NCBI GenBank assembly: GCA_964450735.1
Contig: CAYVDC010000001.1
Span: 5,577 to 69,576, forward strand
Direction: 5' to 3'
Origin: an uncultured Candidatus Saccharibacteria bacterium
GTDB taxonomy: Bacteria; Patescibacteriota; Minisyncoccia; Phycocordibacterales; UBA9973
DNA length: 64,000 bases
Of the stretch, positions 55,171 through 64,000 are shown one piece after another (the first letter of the stretch is position 1; every line of letters begins with the position of its first letter). The position numbers and the translations under genes were made by a program. The notes under the pieces were generated by a model. It saw nothing but the letters and a program-made list of their open reading frames with translations. It made no database searches and was not told where the DNA came from.

Positions 55171-56856
55171 ATGAATTATACAAAAGAAGAACTTAAAAAG
55201 ATAGCATTAGAAGAATATGCTAAGTGTGCAAATGATTTAATTTATTTTGCAAAGAAATACGTTTATATAAAACACCCCACAAGAGGTAGAATTTTATTCA
55301 ATCTATATCCATTTCAAGAGCAAGTAATTAGAGACCTCTATTTACATGATAAGACAATCATACTAAAAGCAAGACAATTAGGTATTTCCACACTTCTTTC
55401 TGCTTATGCTGTTTGGTTAATGACATTTAAGGAAGACCAAAACATTGTTGTACTTGCCAGTAAGTTAAAAGTTGCTCAGGAAATCATGGATAAGGTGAAA
55501 GTGATGTATTATAGCCTTCCTACATTTCTAAGAGGAACAAATCCTCCCGATAAAGACAATACACAGACTTTACAAATTAAAAATGGTTCAAGAATTAGTG
55601 CATTTTCAGCAAATAGCGATGAAGGTCGTTCACAAGCAGCATCCGTTGTTATAATTGATGAATTTGCATTTATTCAAAGAGCAGAAGACCTTTGGACATC
55701 TGTTTTCCCAACTATTTCAACAGGTGGTAAAGCAATTCTATTGTCAACTCCTGCGGGAATGGGTGGGACTTTCCATAGACTGTGGACACAAGCAGAAACA
55801 GGAGAAAATGCCTTCTTTCCGATTAAATTAAAATGGGATGTTCACCCTGAACGTGACCAGTCTTGGAGAGATGAACAAGAAAAGGCAATGGGTAAGAGGA
55901 AAGCGGAACAGGAGAACGATTGTGACTTCTTAGCTTCTGGTGACACTGTTTTTGACACAGAAACTCTTGTTCATTACAATTCTCTCATCACAGAACCCAT
56001 TGAAAAGAGAGGACAAATGAGAGATTTTTGGATATGGAAATATCCTGACTTTGGAAGAACATATTCTATCATTGTGGACACCGCAAGAGGAGATAGTGCC
56101 GATTATTCATCAATTTCAGTTTACGATTCAGAGGAAATGGAGCTTGTTGCCGAGTTTAAAGGTAATTTAGACACGCCTGTATTGGCAACATTAGCGGTTG
56201 CCGTTGCCACAGAGTATAATCAAGGACTTCTCATCGTTGAAAACACAGGAATTGGATGGGCTACTGTTCAAAAAGTGGAAGAATTGGGATATATTAACAC
56301 TTATAAGTCATTAAAGAGTTCCACCACCCTTTCTGTTGAACAATATATGGCTAAACAGATGAATAGTGATAACTATGTGAATGGATTTTCAAATAATGTA
56401 GGAACAAGACCATTAATCATCAATAAATTGATAGAATTTATTAGTAATAGACTTATAAAGAACCCTTCTAAGAGATTTCACGATGAATTGAAATCATTTA
56501 TATGGAATAATGGAAAAGCAGCAGCTTCTGAGGGGGGAAATGATGATTTAATCATTCCTTGTGCTATTTTTTGTTATTTAAGAGAGAATTTTCTCACTTA
56601 TAACAAAGTTGCTGAAAGTTTTTATAGAGCAAGTGTCTCTGGTATCAAATCAGGGAGAGATTATTATAATATAATGCCTGATGGTGATTTTTTCAATCAA
56701 CATTACAGTTCCACATTTCAACAACACAACCTTCTCCCTGATTATAGAGAAATTGACAACGCAATGTATAGTGGAAAGCAAAATGATGCGTTTAGACAAT
56801 GGAATATGAAATATGGGAATAATTACATTAATTTCGATTGGTTGATAGAAAAATAA
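55171..56856 (+). CDS. terminase large subunit (T4 gp17-like)
   Basis: Walker A IILKARQLGISTLLSAY (compare gp17 SRQLGKT). Walker B VVIIDEFAF. The C-terminal nuclease region has conserved acidic residues. 561 aa. Confidence 0.85.
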   Translation: MNYTKEELKKIALEEYAKCANDLIYFAKKYVYIKHPTRGRILFNLYPFQEQVIRDLYLHDKTIILKARQLGISTLLSAYAVWLMTFKEDQNIVVLASKLKVAQEIMDKVKVMYYSLPTFLRGTNPPDKDNTQTLQIKNGSRISAFSANSDEGRSQAASVVIIDEFAFIQRAEDLWTSVFPTISTGGKAILLSTPAGMGGTFHRLWTQAETGENAFFPIKLKWDVHPERDQSWRDEQEKAMGKRKAEQENDCDFLASGDTVFDTETLVHYNSLITEPIEKRGQMRDFWIWKYPDFGRTYSIIVDTARGDSADYSSISVYDSEEMELVAEFKGNLDTPVLATLAVAVATEYNQGLLIVENTGIGWATVQKVEELGYINTYKSLKSSTTLSVEQYMAKQMNSDNYVNGFSNNVGTRPLIINKLIEFISNRLIKNPSKRFHDELKSFIWNNGKAAASEGGNDDLIIPCAIFCYLRENFLTYNKVAESFYRASVSGIKSGRDYYNIMPDGDFFNQHYSSTFQQHNLLPDYREIDNAMYSGKQNDAFRQWNMKYGNNYINFDWLIEK

Positions 56857-56859
56857 CAC

Positions 56860-58653
56860 ATGAAACAAATAGATAATTCTGTTTTTGGACGATTAAAACG
56901 TTTATTTTCTAAAGATGTCATAGTGAGGAACATCGGAGGGAATAAATTGAAGATAATGGACATTTCCCAAATCCAAAGAGATGGGGAATTGGCTTCTAAC
57001 AGCCTAATAGACCGTTCTAACAGGCTTTACACCTCTAAACCATATGAATTCTCCATCCCATCTAATCAATCGTTACAAGCGGTAAAAACACAACTGTACG
57101 CTGATTATGAAATGATGGACACAGATGCTATTATTGCTTCTGCATTGAATATTGTGGCAGATGAATCAACATTAAAGAATGATTTTGGTGAAGTGTTGAA
57201 AATTAAGTCAGATGATGAAGATATTAAGCTAATTTTGACTAATTTGTTCTATGATGTCCTCAATATTGAGTTTAATTTGTGGGGATGGATAAGAAATATG
57301 TGTAAATATGGAGATTCCTTCTTATTTATCAAAATAACAGAGAAATTTGGCATTACAAACGTGATTCCCCTTTCTGCTTATGATATGTTTCGCTTAGAAG
57401 ACCCCGAAACAGGAGAAACTAAGTTCCAATTGTTAGAAAACAGCCCATTTTCTAATACAGGAGGGGTGAGAAGGGAGTTTGATAACTATGAAATAGCCCA
57501 TTTCAGACTGATTGGTAACAGTAATTTCCTTCCTCATGGATGTTCTTACATAGAAGCAGCAAGAAAGACGTATAAAATGTTAATGTTGGTGGAAGATGCC
57601 GCTTTATTACATAGAATTGTTCGTTCTGCTGACAAAAGAGCCTTTTTTATCAATGTTGGGAACATTCCTCCTAATGAAGTGGACACATTCATGGAAAAAG
57701 TGATTTCCACTGTCAAAAAAGCCCCATATCAAGACCCAATCACAGGAGATTACAATTTGAAGTATAATATGATGAATCTTCTTGAAGATTTTTATATTCC
57801 TGTGCGTGGAAATGATGCAAATACACGAATTGAATCAGTTTCAGGGCTTAATTACTCAGGAATGGAGGATGTTGAGTATTATAAGAACAAATTATTTGCA
57901 GCATTAAACATTCCTAAAGCATATTTTGGAGAAGTGGAAGATTTGAATGGAAAATCAACTATTTCTCAATTAGATATTCGTTTTTGTAGAACAATTCAAC
58001 GTATTCAGAAGATAGTTCTTTCAGAATTGAATAGAATTGCTGTGATTCACTTATATGCACAAGGATATACAGATAATAATGTCTTAAACTTTGAATTAGA
58101 GCTTTCTTCACCTTCAATTATTGAGCAACAAGAGAAAATAGCCATTTGGAAAGATAAAGTGGACTTAGCTTCTCAAATGATGGACACTAAACTCTTACCA
58201 ACTGATTGGATTTATCATAATATATTCAACATGAGTGAAGATGAATATGATGAATTAAGAGATTTGGTTATAGAAGATAATAAACGATTCTTTAGACTTA
58301 ATCAGATTGAAACAGAAGGAAATGACCCTGTTGAAACAGGAGATTCTTATGGAACGCCACATGATTTAGCCACCATCTATAAAAATAATGCTTCTGCACC
58401 ACAAGATTTGCCTGATGGATTTGATGAAAACCCTGTTGGACGACCTCCTAAACATGTTTCGGTCTATGGAACAGATGCAAGTTCATTTGGGCGTGACCCA
58501 TTAGGAAAGAAAGAATTAAATCCTAATAGAGTGGACTATTCTATGAATCAAAATAGAAAAGTGAGTGCCTATCAGCTTGAAAATGTGGAAAAAACACTAT
58601 TAACTGAATCATTTTCCAAATTAAAAATATTTGATGAAGAATTATTGGATTAA
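56860..58653 (+). CDS. portal protein (T4 gp20-like)
   Basis: 597-aa ORF directly after terL, as in T4-like genomes. ...FYIPVRGNDANTRIESVSGLNYSGMEDVEYYKNKLFAALNIPKAYFG... fits the conserved gp20 core. Confidence 0.65.
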   Translation: MKQIDNSVFGRLKRLFSKDVIVRNIGGNKLKIMDISQIQRDGELASNSLIDRSNRLYTSKPYEFSIPSNQSLQAVKTQLYADYEMMDTDAIIASALNIVADESTLKNDFGEVLKIKSDDEDIKLILTNLFYDVLNIEFNLWGWIRNMCKYGDSFLFIKITEKFGITNVIPLSAYDMFRLEDPETGETKFQLLENSPFSNTGGVRREFDNYEIAHFRLIGNSNFLPHGCSYIEAARKTYKMLMLVEDAALLHRIVRSADKRAFFINVGNIPPNEVDTFMEKVISTVKKAPYQDPITGDYNLKYNMMNLLEDFYIPVRGNDANTRIESVSGLNYSGMEDVEYYKNKLFAALNIPKAYFGEVEDLNGKSTISQLDIRFCRTIQRIQKIVLSELNRIAVIHLYAQGYTDNNVLNFELELSSPSIIEQQEKIAIWKDKVDLASQMMDTKLLPTDWIYHNIFNMSEDEYDELRDLVIEDNKRFFRLNQIETEGNDPVETGDSYGTPHDLATIYKNNASAPQDLPDGFDENPVGRPPKHVSVYGTDASSFGRDPLGKKELNPNRVDYSMNQNRKVSAYQLENVEKTLLTESFSKLKIFDEELLD

Positions 58654-58667
58654 AACGATATTTATAC

Positions 58668-58686
58668 AAAAAGACTTAATCTTTTT
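58668..58686 (+). terminator. A/T hairpin AAAAAGA-CTTAA-TCTTTTT followed by TT; weak intrinsic terminator after the portal gene. It overlaps a late-promoter-like motif.
   Basis: Perfect 7-bp stem read from the sequence. Confidence 0.3.
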
Positions 58687-58690
58687 TTAA

Positions 58691-59545
58691 ATGAAATTGA
58701 AACATTCTAAAATAAAAAACACGGGCATATTATTTGAATTGCTGACACGTCAAATCACTTCTGATATTATATCTGGAAAGAGCCAACCCGTAGCTATGAA
58801 TCTTTTGAAAAAGTATTTTCATAATACGGAGATAGCAAAAGAATACACGCTCTATAAGTCTTTAACTAATAAGGGAAATAGTCCATTAACAGAATCAAAA
58901 GCTGATAAGTTTATTGATACAGCTATTGATTTATATTCCAATATCAATAGGGAAAAACTGCGTAGAGAAAAGTATAATTTGATTAAAGAAATAAAGAATA
59001 ATTATAATATTGATACCTTTTTAAAAGCAAGAGTGGATAATTATAAATTATACGCTTCTGCTTTCAGTTTATTTGAACATAAATGTAATCCATCCGTTGT
59101 CAATCCTGAATTTGTTCTTAACAATAGATATGTTCTTTTAGAATTCTTGACAAGTGACACCACTCCTGTCGAAAATGCTATTTTAAATGAATATAATTCT
59201 AAATCAAAGGGAGAAAGAGGATTGATATTTAAAATATTGGTTGATAAATTCAATAGCAAATATTCAAAAGACCTTTCTGATGAACAACAATTGGTATTGA
59301 AAGAATATATTTCATCCATTTCCAATCTTCCTGCATTAAAAGATTTTGTTAGTGCTAAAACGATGGAAGTGAAGAAATATTTGAAATATCAAGCGAAAGT
59401 GATAGAAGACACTTCTACTAAAATCAAATTAACAGAAGTGATAAGTCACATTCCTGTTATAGATAAGAATTACATATTAAAAGATGGAGATGTTTTACAA
59501 CTTCTTCAATTATTGGAACTTAAAACGGAATTAGAAGCATTATGA
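58691..59545 (+). CDS. head assembly/prohead core candidate protein (284 aa)
   Basis: Lies between the portal and protease genes (the gp67/gp68 position in T4). Confidence 0.35.
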   Translation: MKLKHSKIKNTGILFELLTRQITSDIISGKSQPVAMNLLKKYFHNTEIAKEYTLYKSLTNKGNSPLTESKADKFIDTAIDLYSNINREKLRREKYNLIKEIKNNYNIDTFLKARVDNYKLYASAFSLFEHKCNPSVVNPEFVLNNRYVLLEFLTSDTTPVENAILNEYNSKSKGERGLIFKILVDKFNSKYSKDLSDEQQLVLKEYISSISNLPALKDFVSAKTMEVKKYLKYQAKVIEDTSTKIKLTEVISHIPVIDKNYILKDGDVLQLLQLLELKTELEAL

Positions 59546-59916
59546 CAACCAATTTAGGAGGAAGTACATTCTCAGGTGGTTCAGGAGAACAACATTTCGG
59601 AGGAAACAAGAAAATGTTAGTGAAAAAGAAACTAAAAGAAATAATTCAGAAAGAAATAGCTTCTCGTAAATCTATTAATGAGGCTTCTTATAAAGAATTT
59701 AAGAAGAACGAAGGAAGTCCTAAACAAAAAATAGGAACAGCTATTAAAGAAATTAAAAGACAAATTACAGAAGTGGAAAAACGAATTTCCCATTGTATCA
59801 AATTGAAAGAGGAGATGGGAGTGAACACTTATTGGAATTCTACATCAAAATATCTTTCAAACCTTTCAGAAAAACTAAATCGCTTATCAATTAATATTAA
59901 AAATCTTTCAGCATGA
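59542..59916 (+). CDS. prohead core candidate (124 aa). Its N-terminus copies the predicted mature N-arm of the major capsid protein.
   Basis: MTTNLGGSTFSGGSGEQHFGG parallels major capsid protein residues ...SITTNLGGSTFTAGSGEQWAG.... The rest is Lys/Glu-rich. Confidence 0.4.
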   Translation: MTTNLGGSTFSGGSGEQHFGGNKKMLVKKKLKEIIQKEIASRKSINEASYKEFKKNEGSPKQKIGTAIKEIKRQITEVEKRISHCIKLKEEMGVNTYWNSTSKYLSNLSEKLNRLSINIKNLSA

Positions 59917-60299
59917 CAATTAAGGAACTCTATAAACAATGTTGTGGGGAACAAATATCAAAACGTAAATTTTTAAATGAATGTTTACGCAATAATTCTG
60001 TAAATGGATTTCTCTCCCCAATGAATTCCTTTGAAGATGTTGTTAAAATATTGAAAAATAAAGGAATTATCTCTGAATGTGAATGTGAAAAGCAAGAAGA
60101 ACCAATAGATGAATATCATGTAGAAGATAATCCATATAAAGATGGGTCTTATCCATTTATTGTGATATTAAAAGTGGTGATAAATGCAGAAGATGAAGAA
60201 GAAGCTAAACAAAAAGGAGAAGACCTTTGTAATAGCATTTATGGAAGTGAAGATGTTAAAGCCACTGTAATTAAAACGTTAGGAGGAAATAAGATATGA
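59913..60299 (+). CDS. hypothetical head-module protein (128 aa)
   Basis: ORF translationally coupled within the head gene block. Confidence 0.35.
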   Translation: MTIKELYKQCCGEQISKRKFLNECLRNNSVNGFLSPMNSFEDVVKILKNKGIISECECEKQEEPIDEYHVEDNPYKDGSYPFIVILKVVINAEDEEEAKQKGEDLCNSIYGSEDVKATVIKTLGGNKI

Positions 60300-60877
60300 T
60301 GTTAGTTGATTTTATTGGGTATTTGAATCTCACCCCTGCTCAAATTAATGAGTCTATAATGAAAAATAATGGACTTTTAGTGGTAGAAGGTGTCATTCAA
60401 CGTGCAAATGCTAAAAATGGCAATGGACGGGTTTATCCAAAGATGATATTAGAAAGAGAAGTGACTAAATATCAAGATTTAATTACTAATAATAATGCTT
60501 TAGGATGTTTAGACCATTATGACACACAAATTGTAGAATTAAAGAACGCTTCGCATAAAATAACTAAATTATGGTGGGAAGGTGATGATTTATGTGGTAG
60601 AATGGAGATTCTTTCCACTCCATATGGAAATATTGCCAAAGAATTGTTCTTAAATAAAGTGAATGTAGGTATTTCTTCGAGGGGAACGGGTAGTGTGAAG
60701 AATATAGGGGAAGTAATAGAGGTTCAAGATGATTTTGAATTGGTATGTTGGGACTTAGTATCAGTCCCGTCAACTAAAGGAGCGTATTTGAACATGATAA
60801 GTGAAGGAATCTCTCCTCAAAACACCAAATATAATAAAATTAACAACATTGTCAACGACATTCTAACTAATTATTAG
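60296..60877 (+). CDS. prohead core protease (T4 gp21-like)
   Basis: ...NGNGRVYPKMILEREVTKYQDLI...LGCLDHYD... resembles the gp21 family N-terminal region. Position is immediately before the scaffold and capsid genes. Confidence 0.55.
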   Translation: MMLVDFIGYLNLTPAQINESIMKNNGLLVVEGVIQRANAKNGNGRVYPKMILEREVTKYQDLITNNNALGCLDHYDTQIVELKNASHKITKLWWEGDDLCGRMEILSTPYGNIAKELFLNKVNVGISSRGTGSVKNIGEVIEVQDDFELVCWDLVSVPSTKGAYLNMISEGISPQNTKYNKINNIVNDILTNY

Positions 60878-62028
60878 TGGATAAAATAAAAGGAGGACTT
60901 GCTGATAATGTCCCTGATGGGAAATTTAATTTAGTTTCATTGTTAAAAGGAATTAAAGTGGAAATGGAACACACTTCTGATAAGGAAGTGGCTAAGGAAA
61001 TAGCAAAAGACCACCTTTCAGAAGACCCATTATATTATCAGAAGTTAAAATCCCTCAATTTAGAAAGTATTTTAAAAGAAGCATCTCCATTTTCAGAATT
61101 CATAGGAAAAGAACTATCTGATGAATATGAAATAACAGGAATAAAAACAGATGAAGATGGAAATATAAAGATTTCTCTTTATAATCTATATTCAGGAAAA
61201 AATCAAGACTATATAGAATATAATAGAGAAGAAAAGAAGTTTTATATTAATCAATTGGGAACTCGGTTATCAATTCCCGATGAATACCATTCATTTAATA
61301 TCCAAAGTCATAATTTATTAAATGCTATTATTTCAAAAAGCACTCCTAAAATTGAAAAATTAAATAATAGCGCTGACACTTCTTCTTATAGAGGATATTT
61401 GAAACACATTCCCTCCGATGCTGTAACTTATTACAGAATATTTCCAAAAGATAGTCATTTAGAAAATAAAATCAAGCTACAATTTCGTAAATTGAAAAGA
61501 ATAGCAGAAAAGAATAAATGGAACTTAGAAAGAGAAGTGATTCATACTAAAAAACACGACTTTCTTATTCATTTTAAGAAAGGAGACGAAAGTTTAAGGT
61601 ATATTCCATTCGTAGAAGATAAAACGGGAGAGGGACAAAACGATTTCACCACTGTTCATAGAATATTTTACAATGAAAGATGGTGGGAATTTAACGATGT
61701 TGATAAATGCTTTGGAATGGCTGAGTATATCCTTTCAGGAAAGGAAAAGAAAGAAAATGTAAATAATAAAAATGAAGATATAATAAAATCTCTTCTTAGA
61801 ATAGTAAAAGACCATTTGAAAAAAGACGGAGATGTGAAATCATTATATAACATAGCCGTAAGAGCAACAGAAGAAGGGGATGAAACAAGTGTAGCAGGAT
61901 TGGTGAAAACCATTTCAAATAAATTGTTACAAAAAGAAGATGTTAAAATAGAAATTCCCAAAAAGAAAAAATCAGAGATAGTTTATATTGAAAAAATTGT
62001 TCAATTTTTATTAAATAAAGATAAATGA
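60877..62028 (+). CDS. prohead core/scaffold-associated protein (383 aa)
   Basis: Lys/Glu-rich coiled-coil segments. Lies between the protease and the acidic scaffold. Confidence 0.35.
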   Translation: MDKIKGGLADNVPDGKFNLVSLLKGIKVEMEHTSDKEVAKEIAKDHLSEDPLYYQKLKSLNLESILKEASPFSEFIGKELSDEYEITGIKTDEDGNIKISLYNLYSGKNQDYIEYNREEKKFYINQLGTRLSIPDEYHSFNIQSHNLLNAIISKSTPKIEKLNNSADTSSYRGYLKHIPSDAVTYYRIFPKDSHLENKIKLQFRKLKRIAEKNKWNLEREVIHTKKHDFLIHFKKGDESLRYIPFVEDKTGEGQNDFTTVHRIFYNERWWEFNDVDKCFGMAEYILSGKEKKENVNNKNEDIIKSLLRIVKDHLKKDGDVKSLYNIAVRATEEGDETSVAGLVKTISNKLLQKEDVKIEIPKKKKSEIVYIEKIVQFLLNKDK

Positions 62029-62426
62029 AATTATTTGAAATATTTCTATTAGAAGATAGAATAGAATATCTGAAGAATAAATACGTAGTTGATGGAAAAT
62101 TGACAACAGAGCAATTTAATAATATTGTACAATCAGACCCTACAAAAAATAAAATTTATGTTCAATGGCTTCTCAATAAATTAAATAAAGAAAATCCTCC
62201 AAGATTTTTTGAAGATTTATATAAAATAAAAGAATATTTAGACATATTCGACAGACTTAAAAATAAATTTAAAGAAAAAGATATTAATGAATATTCATTT
62301 GAAGAATTTAAGAATGATGCTATTAGAATTAAAAATGAGAGTGGAGATTTAGAATTTAAAGATGATGGTGGTTCAAAAGACCCTAATCAACTTTCCCTTT
62401 TTGAAATATTAAAAAAACTTTCATAA
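62025..62426 (+). CDS. hypothetical head-module protein (133 aa)
   Basis: ORF on the dominant strand. Confidence 0.35.
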   Translation: MKLFEIFLLEDRIEYLKNKYVVDGKLTTEQFNNIVQSDPTKNKIYVQWLLNKLNKENPPRFFEDLYKIKEYLDIFDRLKNKFKEKDINEYSFEEFKNDAIRIKNESGDLEFKDDGGSKDPNQLSLFEILKKLS

Positions 62427-62592
62427 AAATATTTTTAATATTTCCTAATATTTTTTAATTTATTTATATTTATATGTGAAACTTAATTCTTAGTTTCATT
62501 CTTCTAAGCAATTCCCCGAAATATTGCTTCAAATAATTTAAAATACTCATTATACTTCCATTAAGTATAGTTCCATAATTAAAATAAGGAAA

Positions 62593-63522
62593 ATGTCAAA
62601 GACAAAAACATTGTTAGAACAAGCTATTGCTGACGCAAATGACTTGAAAACACTCGCATTGGAAAATGCAAAACGCACAATTAACGAATCCGTAGATTCA
62701 AATTTAAAATCCATGATTGATTTAAAACTTCAAGAAATGGAAGACGAAGATGTTTCTTATGAAGATGATGAAGACATCAACGTTGATGAAATTCTAAAAG
62801 AATTGGAAGACGAAGAAGAAACAGAGGAAACAGAAGAAACAAGTCCCGAAGAAGATATTGAACCCGATGGAGACGTTGATTTAGAAAAAGAAGTGGGCAG
62901 TATGACAGCAGATGATTTGAAAGCCTTGATAGCAGATGTCATTTCAGAACTAATTCCAACAGGAACAGCAGGTGTAGAAGATAGTGTTGATTTAGACACT
63001 CCATCCAACGATGAAATGGGTATTTCGACAGACGGAGACTCACAAGAAGACGAGGATGAATTAGATTTGGATGAATTGTTAGCTGAATTAGATGGAGAAG
63101 ATGAAAGAAATTATTCCAATCTTCAACAAGAATTGAATGAAGCTAAAAAAGCAATAGGAAAATATCAAGAAGCAATCAAAGAAGTGAAATTGTTCAATGC
63201 TAAACTCTTGTATTTGAATAAAATCCTGAGTGAATATACACTTCCTTCTAATGTTAAAATGAAATTAGCTGAAAAGCTGGACGGAGTAACAAGCAGAGAA
63301 TCTGCAAAGATGATTTACGAATCATTTAAAATTTCGATGAGTTCTAAAAAACCATCATTAACCAAAAAACCAATTAACGAATCTCTCAAAAAATCAATTG
63401 CATCTAATGTAAAACCAAACCTTTTACATGAAAATGGTAAAACTCAAACCAATAAGCAAATTATTGATGCGGGAACTATCAATCGTATGCAAATTTTAGC
63501 AGGGATAAAAAAACCTAACTAA
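62593..63522 (+). CDS. major prohead scaffold protein (T4 gp22-like), highly acidic
   Basis: Asp/Glu runs (EDEDVSYEDDEDINVDEILKELEDEEETEETEETSPEEDIE...). Coiled-coil. Immediately upstream of the capsid gene. Confidence 0.45.
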   Translation: MSKTKTLLEQAIADANDLKTLALENAKRTINESVDSNLKSMIDLKLQEMEDEDVSYEDDEDINVDEILKELEDEEETEETEETSPEEDIEPDGDVDLEKEVGSMTADDLKALIADVISELIPTGTAGVEDSVDLDTPSNDEMGISTDGDSQEDEDELDLDELLAELDGEDERNYSNLQQELNEAKKAIGKYQEAIKEVKLFNAKLLYLNKILSEYTLPSNVKMKLAEKLDGVTSRESAKMIYESFKISMSSKKPSLTKKPINESLKKSIASNVKPNLLHENGKTQTNKQIIDAGTINRMQILAGIKKPN

Positions 63523-63528
63523 GAAAAA

Positions 63529-64000
63529 TGGTAAATTTAAAAAACTTTATTACAGAAACTGAGCAAAAAATTCAAGCCATTTCGGAACAGGCTTCTAATT
63601 ATGCTCAAAATTGGGAGAAAACAGGCTTGCTTGAAGGGTTGAAGTCACAAGACAAACTCAACATTGCAACATTGTTGGAGAACCAAATGAAAAACATCAT
63701 CACGGAATCTATTACGACCAATTTGGGTGGTTCTACATTCACGGCGGGTAGTGGTGAACAATGGGCGGGGATTGCTCTTCCAATGGTGAGAAAAATCTTT
63801 GCTGAAACTATTTCAATTAAAGAAATGGTGAGTGTTCAACCAATGCAACTTCCAACAGGTCTTATTTTCTATCTTGATTTTAAATATGGCACTACTAAAA
63901 CTCCATTTGCCACCACTGACAGTGTTTATGGTGTGACAGATACAGAAGATGTAGATGCTTCGGGTGGATTGTATGGTGTTGGTCGTTATACATATTCAAT
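63529..64000 (+). CDS. major capsid protein (T4 gp23-like), N-terminal 157 aa; continues beyond window end
   Basis: ...TTNLGGSTFTAGSGEQWAGIALPMVRKIFAETISIKEMVSVQPMQLPTGLIFYLDFKYG parallels gp23 ...MGMVRRAIPNLIAFDICGVQPMNSPTGQVFALRAVYG. A candidate protease site I-T-E|S lies before the TTNLGG segment. Confidence 0.8.

Noticed and set aside
1-64000. CRISPR arrays or long direct-repeat arrays
   Set aside because: No regularly spaced direct repeats of 25-40 bp were seen. The only tandem repetition is the codon-level S/T repeat inside the fibre genes and the short AAATGTTTTA units in the intergenic A/T tract.

Overview
This 64-kb window looks like part of a T4-like (Straboviridae-like) myovirus genome. 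It is AT-rich, roughly 30% GC by eye, and densely coding. The window splits into two oppositely transcribed blocks that meet at a roughly 730-bp divergent intergenic region (23369-24095). The left block (1-23368, minus strand) carries nucleotide-metabolism genes: an nrdA N-terminal fragment, nrdB, a ThyA-family thymidylate synthase with two insertions, and a GMP-reductase/IMPDH-family enzyme. It also carries a cluster of glycosyltransferases and SAM methyltransferases, many small ORFs including several with signal peptides, a papain-like protease and an HNH endonuclease. Near its left end is a tRNA locus invaded by mobile DNA: an IS605-type TnpB split into N- and C-terminal fragments by an endonuclease ORF with tandem zinc ribbons and a PD-(D/E)xK domain, a tRNA 3' fragment, and an aberrant tRNA-Gly. 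The right block (24096-64000, plus strand) is a T4-like late/structural module. It includes a baseplate hub with a lysozyme motif, gp25-like and gp6-like wedge proteins, an M15 endolysin, a 1658-aa baseplate or fibre protein, and two huge fibre proteins carrying Thr/Ser-rich linkers, a DUF11-like domain and SprB-type repeats. A two-domain glycosyltransferase, a DnaG-type primase and an HExxH plus 2H-phosphoesterase fusion sit within it. It ends with the large terminase, portal, prohead core proteins, prohead protease, acidic scaffold and the 5' part of the major capsid gene. The SprB-type repeats and the AQ/SQ-ended signal peptides point to a Bacteroidota (Flavobacteriia-like) host; this is inference. 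The most unusual sequence-level signal is the divergent intergenic region. It holds three GC-rich, purine-pyrimidine-alternating palindromic islands in a genome that is otherwise about 70% AT. These islands flank a near-pure A/T tract with repeated AAATGTTTTA units and a perfect 17-bp inverted repeat. I read this as a candidate origin or regulatory hub. All protein calls rest on motifs read by eye; no database search was run.
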